Made by a program: the position numbers and the translations under genes. From Felis catus (taxonomy: Eukaryota): a stretch of DNA of 64,000 bases. The stretch's first letter is position 1. Every line of letters begins with the position of its first letter. Below, piece after piece: positions 38,481 to 51,733 of the stretch. The notes below the pieces were generated by a model. It saw nothing but the letters and a program-made list of their open reading frames with translations, was not told the origin of the DNA and ran no database searches. Location: NCBI RefSeq assembly GCF_018350175.1, contig NC_058368.1:44952001-45016000 (forward strand), written 5' to 3'.

Positions 38481-38916
38481 GGAAACAGAAAATCCACAAC
38501 TATCTATCTATCTTGGACTCATGAGGAATTTTGTGGTATATGTGAACATTTTAAATTTCAGATTTATTCACCCAAATTTACCAGTATAAACCGCTCAAAT
38601 GACTTAGATGGGAATAGTAATATGTGGGCTTTTTAGATGTATTCTAATTACATGCAACACAAGTAAATTATTTAGGATGCATAAATATATTGAATCGGAT
38701 ATCTAGATCAAAATTTCTAACTACAAGATACACAACTTTTTCTTCTGTTAAATAAAACTGCAGTGGTTCACCTTTAATCATTGCAAGAGAATAATGAATA
38801 CTCATTACATTTAGTATAAATAAATGAATTGATGAGTATGTAAATATAACATCTTTCCATGCCTGTCTTATGCTTTTTTTGTTGAGTTTATTAGATTTTC
38901 AATGTTTTAGATTTGC

Positions 38917-39006
38917 CTTTGTGGACAAGCATACTATTCTTTTCAGTTTCAACAATTTCATCCCAATTCAGAGTTGTATATTCTGGTTACATGGACACAA
39001 AGTTTG
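38917..39006 (-). pseudogene. Exon remnant, 90 nt, frame ambiguous
   Basis: Strong acceptor TTCTTTTTCTTTTATAG; donor AAG|GCAAAT (GC or decayed GT). Confidence 0.5.
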
Positions 39007-39137
39007 CTATAAAAGAAAAAGAACTTAAAAAATTAAATGCATTTGCCTTTTTAGTTATCAGTTTTTTTTTCCTGTTCAAAGATGTGTGGTTTTTTTCTTT
39101 GATCTTCTTTTTACCTTAAATGAATAAAGAATTTTAC

Positions 39138-40633
39138 TTTGTCTTGTAAAGTTCCTTTTTTCATTTTAGCTTTCCCAATCATACCATACTTGTTTCCTGG
39201 AGGTACATCATACTATTAAGTTTGGCTACAGGTTCTGATCTTTCTTTCTTTTTTTTTTATATGAAATTTATTGACAAATTGGTTTTCATACAACACCCAG
39301 TGCTCATCCCAAAAGGTGCCCTCCTCAGTACCCATCACCCCCCCTCTCCTCCCTCCCACCCCCCATCAACCCTCAGTTTGTTCTCAGTTTTTAACAGTCT
39401 CTTATGCTTTGGCTCTCTCCCACTCTAACCTCTTTTTTTTTTTCCTTCCCCTCCCCCATGGGTTCCTGTTAAGTTTCTCAGGATCCACATAAGAGTGAAA
39501 CCATATGGTATCTGTCTTTCTCTGTATGGCTTATTTCACTTAGCATCACACTCTCCAGTTCCATCCACGTTGCTAAAAAAGGCCATATTTCATTTTTTCT
39601 CATTGCCACGTAATATTCCATTGTGTATATAAACCACAATTTCTTTATCCATTCATCAGTTGATGGACATTTAGGCTCTTTCCATAATTTGGCTATTGTG
39701 GAGAGTGCTGCTATGAACATTGGGGTACAAGTGGCCCTATGCATCAGTACTCCTGTATCCCTTGGATAAATTCCTAGCAGTGCTATTGCTGGGTCATAGG
39801 GTAGGTCTATTTTTAATTTTCTGAGGAACCTCCACACTGCTTTCCAGAGCGGCTGCACCAATTTGCATTCCCACCAACAGTGCAAGAGGGTTCCCGTTTC
39901 TCCACATCCTCTCCAGCATCTATAGTCTCCTGATTTGTTCATTTTGGCCACTCTGACTGGCGTGAGGTGATACCTGAGTGTGGTTTTGATTTGTATTTCC
40001 CTGATAAGGAGCAATGCTGAACATCTTTTCATGTGCCTGTTGGCCATCCGGATGTTTTCTTTAGAGAAGTGTCTATTCATGTTTTCTGCCCATTTCTTCA
40101 CTGGGTTATTTGTTTTTTGGGTGTGGAGTTTGGTGAGCTCTTTATAGATTTTGGATACTAGCCCTTTGTCTGACATGTCATTTGCAAATATCTTTTCCCA
40201 TTCCGTTGGTTGCCTTTTAGTTTTGTTGGTTGTTTCCTTTGCTGTGCAGAAGCTTTTGATCTTCATAAGGTCCCAGTAATTCACTTTTGCTTTTAATTCC
40301 CTTGCCTTTGGGGATGTGTCGAGTAAGAGATTGCTACGGCTGAGGTCAGAGAGGTCTTTTCCTGCTTTCTCCTCTAAGGTTTTGATGGTTTCCTGTCTCA
40401 CATTTAGGTCCTTTATCCATTTTGAGTTTATTTTTGTGAATGGTGTGAGAAAGTGGGTTCTGATCTTTCTTAATGGCAATTCAGTTTCCTCTAACACAGC
40501 TCGGTTTTAATTCATCAGTGATTCTAAACCTTCACCTAAAATTCTACGCATCCAGGCCCCTCTCTGACTGTTTCTCTTTAAGTGGACTGTTTTAGGTGGG
40601 ATGCGTAAGGCCCTTGGGAGGTACAAGTATTTT
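39138..40633 (-). pseudogene. Exon remnant split by a young L1 ([48 protein letters not shown][L1]CSQT**YDVPPG..)
   Basis: Frame is continuous once the L1 and one TSD copy are removed; candidate donor AAA|GTAAAA. Confidence 0.55.
39247..40455 (-). mobile_element. Young felid L1, 5'-truncated, open ORF2 C-terminus with CCHC motif; 16-bp TSD ggttctgatctttctt
   Basis: ORF 39478..40497 ([18 protein letters not shown]); TSD 39231-39246 and 40456-40471. Confidence 0.98.
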
Positions 40634-40948
40634 CTGTATTCCAATGTATTTTTTTAGGAGTGATAGACACCCCACCACACACACACAACCCAGGCAGCCA
40701 TTCCACAGATAGCATTAATAACAAGTGCATAATTTTTATCTCTAAGTAGGATAAATCTTAGGTTCTTTTTAAAAACTGCAACCACAGTTTTTATAACATG
40801 CAATGCATTTACTAAAACTTTATCATCACATGGCTTCTTATTTGATCATTATAACTAATAAAATGTTACGTACATGTTCATACTGTCACTTTCACTCATA
40901 CTTTCATTTCCCGATGCCATTTTGTCATTAAAATTCTATCCATTGGTG

Positions 40949-41184
40949 GAGGTACCCAGGTAGCTCAGTCAATTGGGCATCTAACTTTGGCTCATGTCAA
41001 GATCTCATGGTTCTCGAGTTTGATCCCCGCATCTGGCTCTGTGCTGACAGCTCAGAACCTGGAGCCTGCTTCAGATTCTGTGTGTGTGTCTCTCTCTCTC
41101 TGCCCTTCCCCCACCCACACTCTGTTTCTCTCTCTCCCTCTCTCTCTCTCAAAAATAAATGTAAAAAAAAAGAATCTAAAGAAA
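40949..41184 (+). mobile_element. Can-SINE, TSD tatccattggtg
   Basis: SINE body and flanking duplication. Confidence 0.93.
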
Positions 41185-41385
41185 GTATCCATTGGTGAAA
41201 TTTAAATAAAAAAACATATGTAAATGAAAAAGAAAAAGGAAATGCAAGTTCACAACCTCACAAGCTTGATGATAATTCTCAAACTCCACCCACTAACTAA
41301 CACACTTCATCAGAAACTTCAGTGCAAATAAAATTGAGTTTTGGTTTTGCAAAATTCCTGGTTTTACAAAATGTTGTAACCTCAC

Positions 41386-41449
41386 CTTTTTACTCCAAAG
41401 AAATCCAAAGAAGAAAGAGAAAAACTATCGACATAATTGTGAATTCAGT
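41386..41449 (-). pseudogene. Exon remnant, 64 nt (*IHNYVDSFSLSSLDFFGVK)
   Basis: Acceptor TCTTTTTTTTAATTAG, donor AAG|GTGAGG; phase 2 end joins the next remnant in frame. Confidence 0.6.
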
Positions 41450-41577
41450 CTAATTAAAAAAAAGAATATGAAAGTATTCAGTACTCCACTTTGCTAATAG
41501 CACATCCTTCATCCTGCATGTGAGGCATGTAGTTTGGAGAATAAATTTTGCAAATACCAAGATTTGACTTAGATTAC

Positions 41578-41763
41578 ATTTATAGGCGGGCTTATGTAAC
41601 TAGGTGGCTTCTTTTTCTTCCTCGGGCCTGACTCCTTCATAAACTCAGCAAGGTTAACTCTAAGCAACACACACACCAAACCCATGAAATGTTTCCTTCA
41701 GGAAAATATCCATTGAAATATTGAGGTAATAACATAGGTTATCAAAAAAAAAAAAAACCCATC
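41578..41763 (-). pseudogene. Exon remnant (FDNLCYYLNISMDIFLKE../HFMGLVCVLLRVNLAEFMKE..)
   Basis: Acceptor CAATTTTCAG, donor AAT|GTAATC; homopolymer T run and a frameshift inside. Confidence 0.5.
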
Positions 41764-42058
41764 CTGAAAATTGACTATCAGACTTAGACGACTAATGTCA
41801 GGACGTGGAAGCATGCTGAAAAAAGCAACAATGATTACGAGGACTAGTTAACCGGCATGCAAATAGAAGGAACGAAGCACATCTTTCAATGATTCCTTTG
41901 TGTTTATAGAAATATTCTTATTTTTTACTATGGCTGCAGATATTGGTTAAGGACAAATTAAATACTTAATTTGTCACTAAGTGACTAAAATTGGTGGTAT
42001 TTTTATGCAGGATTTCATATCCTTGAGTGATTGAGGCCAAGCACCTCACCTCACTTAC

Positions 42059-42144
42059 AGGAAATGACCATAGCAACACCATCAGTTCCAGCTTCAAAGT
42101 TGAATCTCTCTAGACTATGGCGTCCTACCCAATCCTCCCTACAC
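42059..42144 (-). pseudogene. Exon remnant, 86 nt (CREDWVGRHSLERFNFEAGTDGVAMVIS in the stop-free frame)
   Basis: Acceptor CTAATATGCTTTAAG, donor CCT|GTAAGT. Confidence 0.55.
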
Positions 42145-42214
42145 CTTAAAGCATATTAGGGAGAAGACAATAGATTGGGAAGAGGTGAAGCAGATGATTA
42201 AGAGTAGAAGGCTG

Positions 42215-42599
42215 TGGGTCACCTGTGTGGCTCAGTCTGTTAAACCTCCAACTCTTGACTGGTTCAGGTCATGATCTCAAGGTTTGTGATTTCATGCCCT
42301 GCCTTGGGCTCTGCACTATCAGTGTGGAAATCAGTGGGATTTCCTCTCTCTCCTTCTCTCTCTGCCCCTCCCCCATTTTCTCTCTTTCTCAAAAATAATA
42401 AATAAACTTAAAAAAAAAAAAGATGAGGTGCCTGATGGCTCAATCGGTTAAGCGTCCAACTCTTGATTTCAGCTCAGGTCATGATCTCATGGTCATGAGA
42501 AAGCATCCTGTGTCAGGCTCAGCATGGAGTGCAGAACCTGATTGGGATTCTCTCTCTCTCTCTCCTCTCTCTCTCTCTGCCCCTTCTACGAGTGCACTT

Positions 42600-42645
<46 letters not shown>

Positions 42646-42668
42646 CAAATAAATAAACATAAAAAAAA
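42215..42668 (+). mobile_element. Two tandem Can-SINEs inside one degenerate TSD (aagagtRgaaRgctg)
   Basis: Heads near 42215 and 42425. Confidence 0.92.
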
Positions 42669-42921
42669 GAGTGGAAAGCTGAAAGAAATGGTGCTTGCCT
42701 ATTCCTACAACAACCAATAACAAGAAAGCAACCATTCTTTATTTAATTTTATTGTTCTCTAACACTAGGGAAGGAATACAGCTTGCAGAATCAATTACTG
42801 TTTAAACAAAATTTTGAGAACAGTGGAAAGTTTTAAGGAGTGTAATATTTTCCCCTGGTTTTATTCTTTAAATCTCTACATTTTTGGAGAAATAAACTGT
42901 GCTAAAGGGGGTGATGTAAAC

Positions 42922-43071
42922 CTATTATAACCAGAACTTCACAGATCCACTTTAAAGCCAGATGCAGTGTCTTTGTTCAATGACACCTGAGCATCAGTTG
43001 ACGTAAGGGCTTAGCAGGTGGATCAGACAGATGGTAGTTAGAATTCCCAGGTTTACCACTAACATTCATTG
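42922..43071 (-). pseudogene. Exon remnant, 150 nt (..PLRQLMLRCH*TKTLHLALKWICEVLVII)
   Basis: Acceptor TTTGTCTTGGTTTTGATGAAG; one stop in 49 codons; weak donor. Confidence 0.5.
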
Positions 43072-43352
43072 CTTCATCAAAACCAAGACAAAGCAAAAAA
43101 TATTTAAAAGAGAAGGCTAAGCATATATCAACTCCTATTATGGAGACTAGTAAGCTAAATTTTGCATTCTACAGTGATTATCTGGGGGAAATTAAAGCAT
43201 TAACTAAAGACATTGATAAATATTTCTATCAATTTGCTCAGACAAAAATGTTTTTTAAACTACAGACTATAGCATAATTATTCAAAATAAACAGTAATTA
43301 ACTGAACTAAATCAAGCAACACAAGGGTTTGCAAATTTGCCCTGTGGTTTAC

Positions 43353-43404
43353 CAGCTGTGTTTTTTACTGTCTGCACTGTGAATTTACACTGAGGCTTTG
43401 AGTT
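43353..43404 (-). pseudogene. Exon remnant, 52 nt (NSKPQCKFTVQTVKNTA)
   Basis: Acceptor TTTCTACCACCTCTTGAG, donor CTG|GTAAAC; phase 0 to 1 links both neighbours in frame. Confidence 0.45.
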
Positions 43405-43762
43405 CTCAAGAGGTGGTAGAAATTGAAACACGTTTTAGAAGCATATTAAGTAAAGATAAAATTACTAATTTAGTCAGTCTAAATATTCTGGCAATGAAAG
43501 ATTTTAAAAAATCTTCATGAAGCAAGTTTAGCAAGCTTTTATTGGGCACCTACTGTATGCCAGAAACTGTGTGAAAATGAGGATACAGATTGAAAGATGA
43601 CATTGAGGGTGTGTGAGAGAATGAAAAATAGAGACATGATATAAAATTTTGGGGAAGAATTAAACTCTAGGTTACTGACTTAGTAAATCAAGAAAATGAG
43701 CAGAATTCTTCTTTAGAGTTGAATTAAAAACAGGTTTGGAAATCAGAAACTCCATGTATTAC

Positions 43763-43980
43763 CTCTGTTTTGGCCCCAGATTCATAATTCTTCCTGGGTA
43801 ATGAGAAAGGTTTATCCCAGAGCCTGATCATGCTGAGGATGTTTTCTTTTATTTGCTTCTCTTTGTCATTAGGGACAGTGCTCACAAGGCATGCTACAAG
43901 AGTCCTTGTCATTGTCAGAGTTGAATTTATAATGCATAATTTGCATGGCACAGTATGGCTTGTGCCAAATTCTTAGATTC
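43763..43980 (-). pseudogene. Exon remnant (..KQIKENILSMIRLWDKPFSLPRKNYESGAKTE)
   Basis: Donor GAG|GTAATA; overlaps ORF 43724..43951; acceptor uncertain. Confidence 0.5.
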
Positions 43981-44459
43981 CTATTTGTAACCATTATATT
44001 TATATGTTACACTCCCACTGAAGTGAGAAGATTGCATGATAAGAGAATGGAAAACAATCATTTTATATAACAACTCTTAAATACTAATCTATGTACCTCC
44101 CTAGGTATGTTTCCCATTGTTCAGAGACTCATATTTTCTTTATAATTCCAAAAGCATAGCTTTCAGTGTTCAATTTATAAAATAATATTTATTGAGCACT
44201 TTCTAGGCACTAAACAGAGCATCGGGAGGTATGGCATTAATAAAACTTCATTTCTGCCCTCATGATCCTCACATTCTAGTTTTTACAAGATTCAGTTTTA
44301 TAATCCAGTTCAAGTGGATAAGACCATCATGGCATGATCATCCAAACAGTGTCTAAACCAGTATTCAGAATCTATATAAAAACACACTAATCAAACCTGG
44401 GGAAAACTGTCTCAGCATTTTTACATTATACTTTAGAGAGAAAAAGTTAATATGTAAAA

Positions 44460-44690
44460 CATACCTTCTATTCAGTGTTTATTCTACATAATACTTTGAA
44501 TTAGTAGCATTATCTCACTTAAATTTCAAAATACTCTGTGATGTAGGTATCATTGTTTTTCTATACCTATATTTATCTTAATTTCCTCTCAATTTTATTT
44601 GTAGAGTGTTAGGTCTATGAGAAGGTGAGGGACTTGACAATTGTTACACAGCCATTAAGTGGTCACCCAGGGACCTGAACTCTGTCTGGG
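44460..44690 (-). mobile_element. MIR SINE
   Basis: gacttgacaattgttacacagccattaagtgg. Confidence 0.6.
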
Positions 44691-45439
44691 GAGATCCAAT
44701 GAGGAACTAGCAGTAAATTGCCATCCAGATCACCTGCTACCCAAGCTGTGATCTAACATGGGCTGATCATTCGAGTGGAGTTCCTCCTCCTCAACGGAAG
44801 AGAAAAAGGACAGGCAATGCTGGAGAAGGGACTCAAGAGAACAGATTCCTGCACAACAGGTTCTTGAGGGAAGTGTTAGAGACCATAATTACTAGAAACA
44901 GGCTGAAATACACAAGCAGTGGGACTTTCCAAGAACTGTGGAATCCGTAATTGCTTTTGGAGCCAGTGAGAGGCACTATCTTTCATCATTACCTCTGCCA
45001 TAACCATTGCTCTCCTCAGGTAAGCTCATCTACCAGTGGAACAAAATGTTACCTAAAACTGGAAGGAGGTACAGAAGAAATAGGAAGCTAGATTTGCTAT
45101 CCCCAAGAAATCTAGTAAGAAGGAAGATTCCAGAAACAGACAAGCCTGCACAGTGACTAGTGCAGACCTACTAGTCCTCTGGAACATTCAAACTATCTCA
45201 GACACATAGATCATCACTCCCTAGCCTCCTTTATGGGGAAGTGCATAGCAGGTTTAATTACTCTATTAACCCTTAAGGCTATTTTTAATGTAAATAAAAA
45301 ATGCTTGGGTTTGTTTTACTAAGGAAATTATCATATGGAAACCAAGCTAAATTTAAATCAATTTTAATTTAACTTTTTCTGAGGTATGTATCCAATTTTA
45401 TTTTTTTCCAATTTTTTTTACATGTTTTCTCTCTTCTTA

Positions 45440-45640
45440 ATTTTTTTCAGGTTTATTTAGGTACAATTGGTAAATATAAAATAGTAAGATATTTAAACTG
45501 TACATTGTGGTGATTTGGTTTAATGTACACACTGTGAAAGAATTCCCCCAATCTAGTTAATTAACATATCCATCATTTCACATATTTATCTTGTTTCTTT
45601 TGTAAAAATATTCAGATTCTACTTTCTTAAAAAATTCAAA
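45440..45640 (-). mobile_element. L1MA-type 3' end
   Basis: ctagttaattaacatatccatcatttcaca signature. Confidence 0.75.
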
Positions 45641-46104
45641 TGTTTCTAAGTATTTATTCAGTCAATGTTATTTAAATTAATTTTAGAATATGTTTTAAAA
45701 GGAGCAGAAACATGTATCAATGCTCCTAAACTTAACAATGCATACAGTAATAAGTTTTATATATGCTTTATAATTACACAGTATCTGTCACAGGGTTATC
45801 ATTATCCTTTCAACAGAATGTGCTGTTCCTTTTCAAGCTTTTCTTTGATCATGGTAAACCATATGTTATTCACTCAAGTTTTGACCATTAGACCTATCAT
45901 ATGGTATATGTGAAAATAATACCATTTTTAATTTTATTTACAGTTATATTAATAAATTACAATGATTTTAAAGTCATTAAGATCTTCTAGAATAAGGTAT
46001 ATTGTATTGGGTATAGCTAATTGTTTTTAAATTCTTGATCTTTTTTATGGTTGCATACATTTGAGATTTAGACCCCAAGTTAAGTTTCACAAATTTTCCT
46101 CCAC

Positions 46105-46336
46105 CTACAAGGAAATTCCAATATTGTATTTGGGGTCATTATATGCAGAGGGTATGCATATGCTCAGCTGTTTAAAAATGTGCCTATTCTGTGAATGGAA
46201 ATAGAGATGTATACGCTCATCTATGAAAGAACTAAACCTTGTAGCTTTATGTAAATTCTGATATAGAAAATTGATAATAAATTCATGCAAATTGTTGAAT
46301 AATTTGTTTGCTAAGGCCATCAGGGTTTTTTTTCCC
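46105..46336 (-). pseudogene. Exon remnant (GKKTLMALANKLFNNLHEFIINFLYQNLHKATRFSSFIDERIHLYFHSQ..)
   Basis: Acceptor TTATTTTTATCAG; 76 stop-free codons (ORF 46105..46356); phase matches the preceding remnant. Confidence 0.55.
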
Positions 46337-47330
46337 CTGATAAAAATAACCCACATTCAGTAAAACTATTAAAAATTTAGCTTGAGAGTTAAAATGTTCT
46401 AGAAACTCAGTCTTAGGGGATATTCATGTTTTCCTGAGTTTTAACTCCAGGAACCCTCTACTAGAGTCTTACCATAAGATATAAGAAAAATTTCCTCTTG
46501 CTTCCAGCAGGGCAAGAAAAAAAAATAATTATTTTGCAATAAGAGTTTTCTGTTCCCTTTAACAAGTCCTAACCTCAAGGGAAATTATTAAACTGTTGTA
46601 TCAAAACCAAACCTATCGGGATTTTATCAAAATTTAATCCATCTGGGGGAAGCGAAATACCCAACTCGGGCTCACTAAAAGACTGAGAGCTAACTATAAG
46701 ACTTCCAAACCTCACGCTCTACCATCACATTCATAATACTCTTACATAATAAAATAGGATTATAGCTAAAAGAACTACAAGACTTAGATGTTTTTTAAAG
46801 AGTCTCTAGGGATACCCAAGGAAAACAGAAGAGCACCAGAGGAAATTTTAGGCTCTGCCACAAGAGCTTCTAACTTGTAGCCAGACAACCATAAAACCTC
46901 AGTTCCTTTTACCTAATACATTATGCATTGTTTTTAACAACAACAATAAAAATTGCAAATCATGTAGAAAAATGCAAAAAAATATAGTCTTAAGAAACAG
47001 ATCAGATACCAGACTCAGCATCAGAACCAGACTCAGATATAGCAGAGATTTTGAAATAAGTAAACTTGGAATCTAAAATAACTATACTAAGAAATCTAAT
47101 GGGAAAATTAATGTGCTAAATATAGCATGCCAAAGTCTTTAATAGGAAAAGTAGACAACATGCAAGAAAAGACAGGTAATATAAGCAAATAGGTAGAAAC
47201 TCAAAGGGAAAAAAAGGAAATGATGGAATTCAAAAACACTGTAACAGAAATGAAGAATGCCTTTGATAGGCTCATCAGTAGACTAGACATGGTTGAGGAA
47301 ATAACCAGTGAGTTTGAAGATATGACAATA

Positions 47331-47520
47331 GTGGGGTGGCTCAGTTGGTTGAGCAGCTGACTTTGGCTCAGGTCATGATATCATGGTTTGTGAGTTTGAG
47401 CCCCACATCAGGCTTGCTGCTACCATCAGTCCAGAGCTCACTTTGGATCCTCTGTCCTCCTCTCTCTGCCCCTCCCCTGATTGAGCTCCCTCAAAAATAA
47501 ATAAACATTAAGAAAAAAAC
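47331..47520 (+). mobile_element. Can-SINE, TSD gaagatatgacaatagt
   Basis: Exact flanking duplication. Confidence 0.93.
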
Positions 47521-48047
47521 AGAAGATATGACAATAGTAACTTCCAAAACTGAAATTCAAAGAGAAAAAAACAAAACTATGAAACAGGATATTCAAGAAC
47601 TTCAGGATAATTACAAAAGGTGTAGCATACCAGAAGGAAAAGAATTAGAGAAAGGAAAAGAAGAAGTAGTTAATGCAATAATGACTGACAATTTTCCAAA
47701 ACTAATGACAGGCACCAAACCATAGATCCAGAAAGCACAGAGAACATTAAGCAGGGTAAATACCAAAAGTTCTGTATCTAAGCATATTGTATTCAAACTT
47801 CAGGAAACCAAAGACAAAGAGAAAATCTTGAAAGAAGCCAGAAGGAAGGTAAAAAACAAGCAAACAAACAACACACACCACCCACACACACACACACAAA
47901 ACAAAAACAAACAAACAAACAAACAAAAACATATCTATAGTGAAACAAGGTAAAAGTTATATCAAACTCCTTTAGATATTTGTCTTCTATAAGCAATAAG
48001 AGAGCAGAGTAAAATATTTAAAGTGTTGAAAGAAAAATAAAACAACA

Positions 48048-48284
48048 GGGGCACCTGGGTGACTCAGTTGATTAAGGGTCCTGGTTAAGGGACTTTGGCT
48101 CAGATCCTGATCTCAAGGTGGCTTATGAGTCTGAACCCTGTATCTGCCTCTGTGCTGACAGCTCAGAGCCTGGAGCCTGCTTCAGATTCTGTCTCCATTT
48201 CTCTCTGCCCCTCCCTGACTGGTGCTCTGTCTCTCTCTGTCTCTCAAATATAAATAAATAAATGTTTAATAATAAATAAATAAT

Positions 48285-48364
<80 letters not shown>
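48048..48364 (+). mobile_element. Can-SINE with (TA)n(TG)n tail
   Basis: SINE head and microsatellite. Confidence 0.93.
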
Positions 48365-48366
<2 letters not shown>

Positions 48367-51300
48367 CACCAAACTAAAATTCTGTTTCCAGTGAAATTCT
48401 TCTTCAAACATCAAGTATAAATAAAGACAATCTCAGACAAACAAAAATAGAGAAAATTTATCATCAGTAAGTTTGCCTTGTAAGAAGTGTTGAAAGTTAT
48501 TCAAAGAGAAGGTAAATGATATTGTTCAGAAACTTGGGTCTACCTAAAAAAGGAAGAATTGTGGAGAAGTAATAAGTAAATGTAATATATAAAACTTAAT
48601 TTTCTCTTACTTTTAATTGATTTAACAACCTGTTCAAAATAAAAACAATAATGTATTTAGTAGTTAATAACTTGTGGATAAATAAAATAAATGATAGTGA
48701 TGTTATGAGTAAATGGAGTGAGGAATTGGGAAATCTCTGTCATAAGGTACATGCAGTATCTGTGAAGCTGTGGTGATATTTGGAAAGGTATTTATATTAC
48801 TCATAACTATGTATTTCAAACACTAATGCAACCACTAACTTTTTTAAAAGAAGTATAATTGATAAGCTAAGGGTAGAGAGAGAACTGAATCAGGTAAAAT
48901 TCTCAATCAAAACCAAAGAAGGTAGAAAAAGTAGAAAACAAAAAAACAAAGAATAGCAGCATATAGAAAACACAATACAGTAGATACAAAGAGAAAATGC
49001 AACTATTGATCTTTTTAAATGTGAATGGTCTAAATAAAATAAAAGACAGATTCTCAGAGTAATAAAAAAAAATAATAAGGCCCATCTGTACATTGTCTAC
49101 AAGAAACTCACTTTAAATATAAAGACACAAATAAAGTAGAGATAAAGGAATGTAGAAAGACATGCCAGGCTGACACTACTCGAAAGAAAATTGGAGAAGC
49201 TATCTTAATTTCAGACAGCACATACTTCAGAGCAATGAAAGTTTTAAGGAGCAGCATTACATAAGATAAAAGGGTCAATCAAGAAAACATAACAATCCTT
49301 AATATCTATATGCCTAATAATGGAGTGTCAAAATATGTGAAGCAATAGAACCGCAAAGAGAAACAGATGATTCCACTATTATACTTGGAGACTTCAGCAC
49401 TCCCCTATTAGTGGTAGCCAGATACAGCAGGCAGAAAATCAGTAAGGATGTAGTTGAACTGAACAGGATCATCAATCAACTGGATTTAATTGACATTTAT
49501 AGAATACTTCATCCAACAGCAGAAAACACATTCTTCTCTAGCTCACATAGAACATTCACCAAGATAGATGACATTCTGGGCCATAAAACTCACTTTAACA
49601 AATTTAAAAGAACAGACATTATACAAAGTATGCTCTCAGAACATAGTGGGATTGAACTAGAGATCAATTACATGGATAGGTGGAAAAATCCCAAAATATT
49701 TCCAGTTTTTGAGACTCCTCAACAATATATAGATCAATGAGAAGTTTCAAGAAAATTCTAAAAATATTTTTAACTAAAAGTGAAAACACAACCTATCAAT
49801 ATATGCTGGATACATCAAAAAGAGTAATAGAAATTAATAACATCAAAAACATATATAAGAAGAGAAGATTGAAAATCAATAGTGTATGTTTCTACCCTCA
49901 GACTCTAGGAAAATAATAAAAGTAAGAACATAAATCAATACAATGCAAATTAGGAAAATAGAGAAAATCACAGAAATCAAAATCTGGTTCTTTGAAAGGA
50001 TTAATAAGATTGCTGAATGCCTATAGAGGCTAACCAAGAGAAAAAGAGAGAAGACACAAATTACTAATATCAAAAACAGAGGGATTACCACTACTGAACC
50101 CATAGAATTTTACATACTTAAGGAATATCATGAACAATTGTATGGTCAAACATTTGGTAATTTATATGAGTGGATCAAGTTATTGAAAGACACAATCTGC
50201 CAAAACTCACTGAAGCAGAGAAACAGATAATCTGAATAGCCTTTAAAGAAATTGAATCAAATAAATAACAACCCAAAACCAAAAGCACAATGCCCAGATG
50301 TTTTCACTGGTGAATTCTATCAATCATTTAAAGAATAAATGATGCCTGTTCTCTAAAATCTGTTCCAGAATATAGAAGCAGGAACCATATTTTCTAACTT
50401 ATACCATGAGGCATTATCCTAAAACGGAGTCCAAAGATATTACAAGAAAGGGAAACCACAAATGGATATTCTCATTAATATGTAAAAATCCTCAATATTA
50501 GCAAAGAAAATAGAACAATGTATACAAATAAGTATATACCATGACCAAATGGAATTTATCCTGGTTATGCAAGACTGGATCAACATTCATAAAGCAATTA
50601 ATGGAATCCATCTAATCAATAAGCTTAAGAAGAAAAATCATATGATTGTATCAAACAGATGCAGAAAAAGCATTTGAAAGAAACATAACACCCATTTATG
50701 ATAAAAGCTCTCAGCAAAATAGGAAAAGAGAACAACCTGAACTTGATAAAGAACACTTACAAAAAAAAACAACTACAGCTATCATCATACTAATAATGGT
50801 GAAAAATTAGATGCTTTCCCTAGAAGATCAGGAACAAGAAAATGGTGCTGCTTATGCGCCACCCTTATGCAACTTCATACTGGAAGTTCTACTTAATACA
50901 GTAAGACAAGAAACAAAGTAAAAGCTATAAATATTGGAAAGGAATAAATAAAACTGTCTCTTTTTGCAGATGACATTATTGTCTATATAGAAAATCCTCT
51001 TCCCATATCAACAAAATAACTCCTGTATCTAATAAGCAATACATACAACAAAGGTGCAGTATACACCACATGGTCAATACACAGAAGTCAATTACTTTCC
51101 CGTATTCCAGAAATGAATGGACAGATTTGAAATTTAAAACACAGCATTATTTAAAACTTCCTACAAAAATAAAATGCTTAGGTGAGCTCTAACAAAATAT
51201 ATATAGGGAAACTACAGAACTCTGATGAAAGAAATAAAAGCTCTTAATAAATGGAGAAATATCTATGCTCATGGAGAGGAAAACTCAATATCATTAAAAT

Positions 51301-51537
51301 GTCAATCCTTTCCAATTTGATCTATAGATTCAAGCACTCCCAGTCAGGATTTCAGCAAGTTATTTTGTGAAAATTGACAAACTCACTCTAGAAGACAACA
51401 GAGAAGAAAATCTATGTGACCTCAAGATTGGCAATATGTTTTTAGACACAACACTAAAATCCTGATTCATAAAAGAAAAACTTGGTAAGTTGGATGTCAT
51501 TAGAATGAAACACTTCTCCTCTGCAGAAGATTTTCTG

Positions 51538-51733
51538 TTTTTTTTCTTTAATTAATTTATTTATTTTGAAAGAGAGAGAGTGCAAGCAGGGAAAGAGAGA
51601 GAGAATCCTAAGCAAGCTCCATGCTGTTAGTGCAGAGCCTTGATATTGGACGTGATCACACAAACCATGAGATCATGACCTGAGCCAAAATCAAGAGTCA
51701 GATGCTTACCCAACTGAGCCACCCAGGCTCCCC
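51538..51733 (-). mobile_element. Can-SINE
   Basis: Reverse-complement SINE, TSD about tgcaRaagattttct. Confidence 0.92.

Noticed and set aside
39478..40497. 339-aa ORF as a host gene
   Set aside because: It is the L1 ORF2 C-terminus of a truncated insertion with TSD and poly(A).
45779..45893. Candidate extra exon (NNIWFTMIKEKLEKEQHILL)
   Set aside because: Plausible but weak splice sites and conflicting phase; left unlisted.
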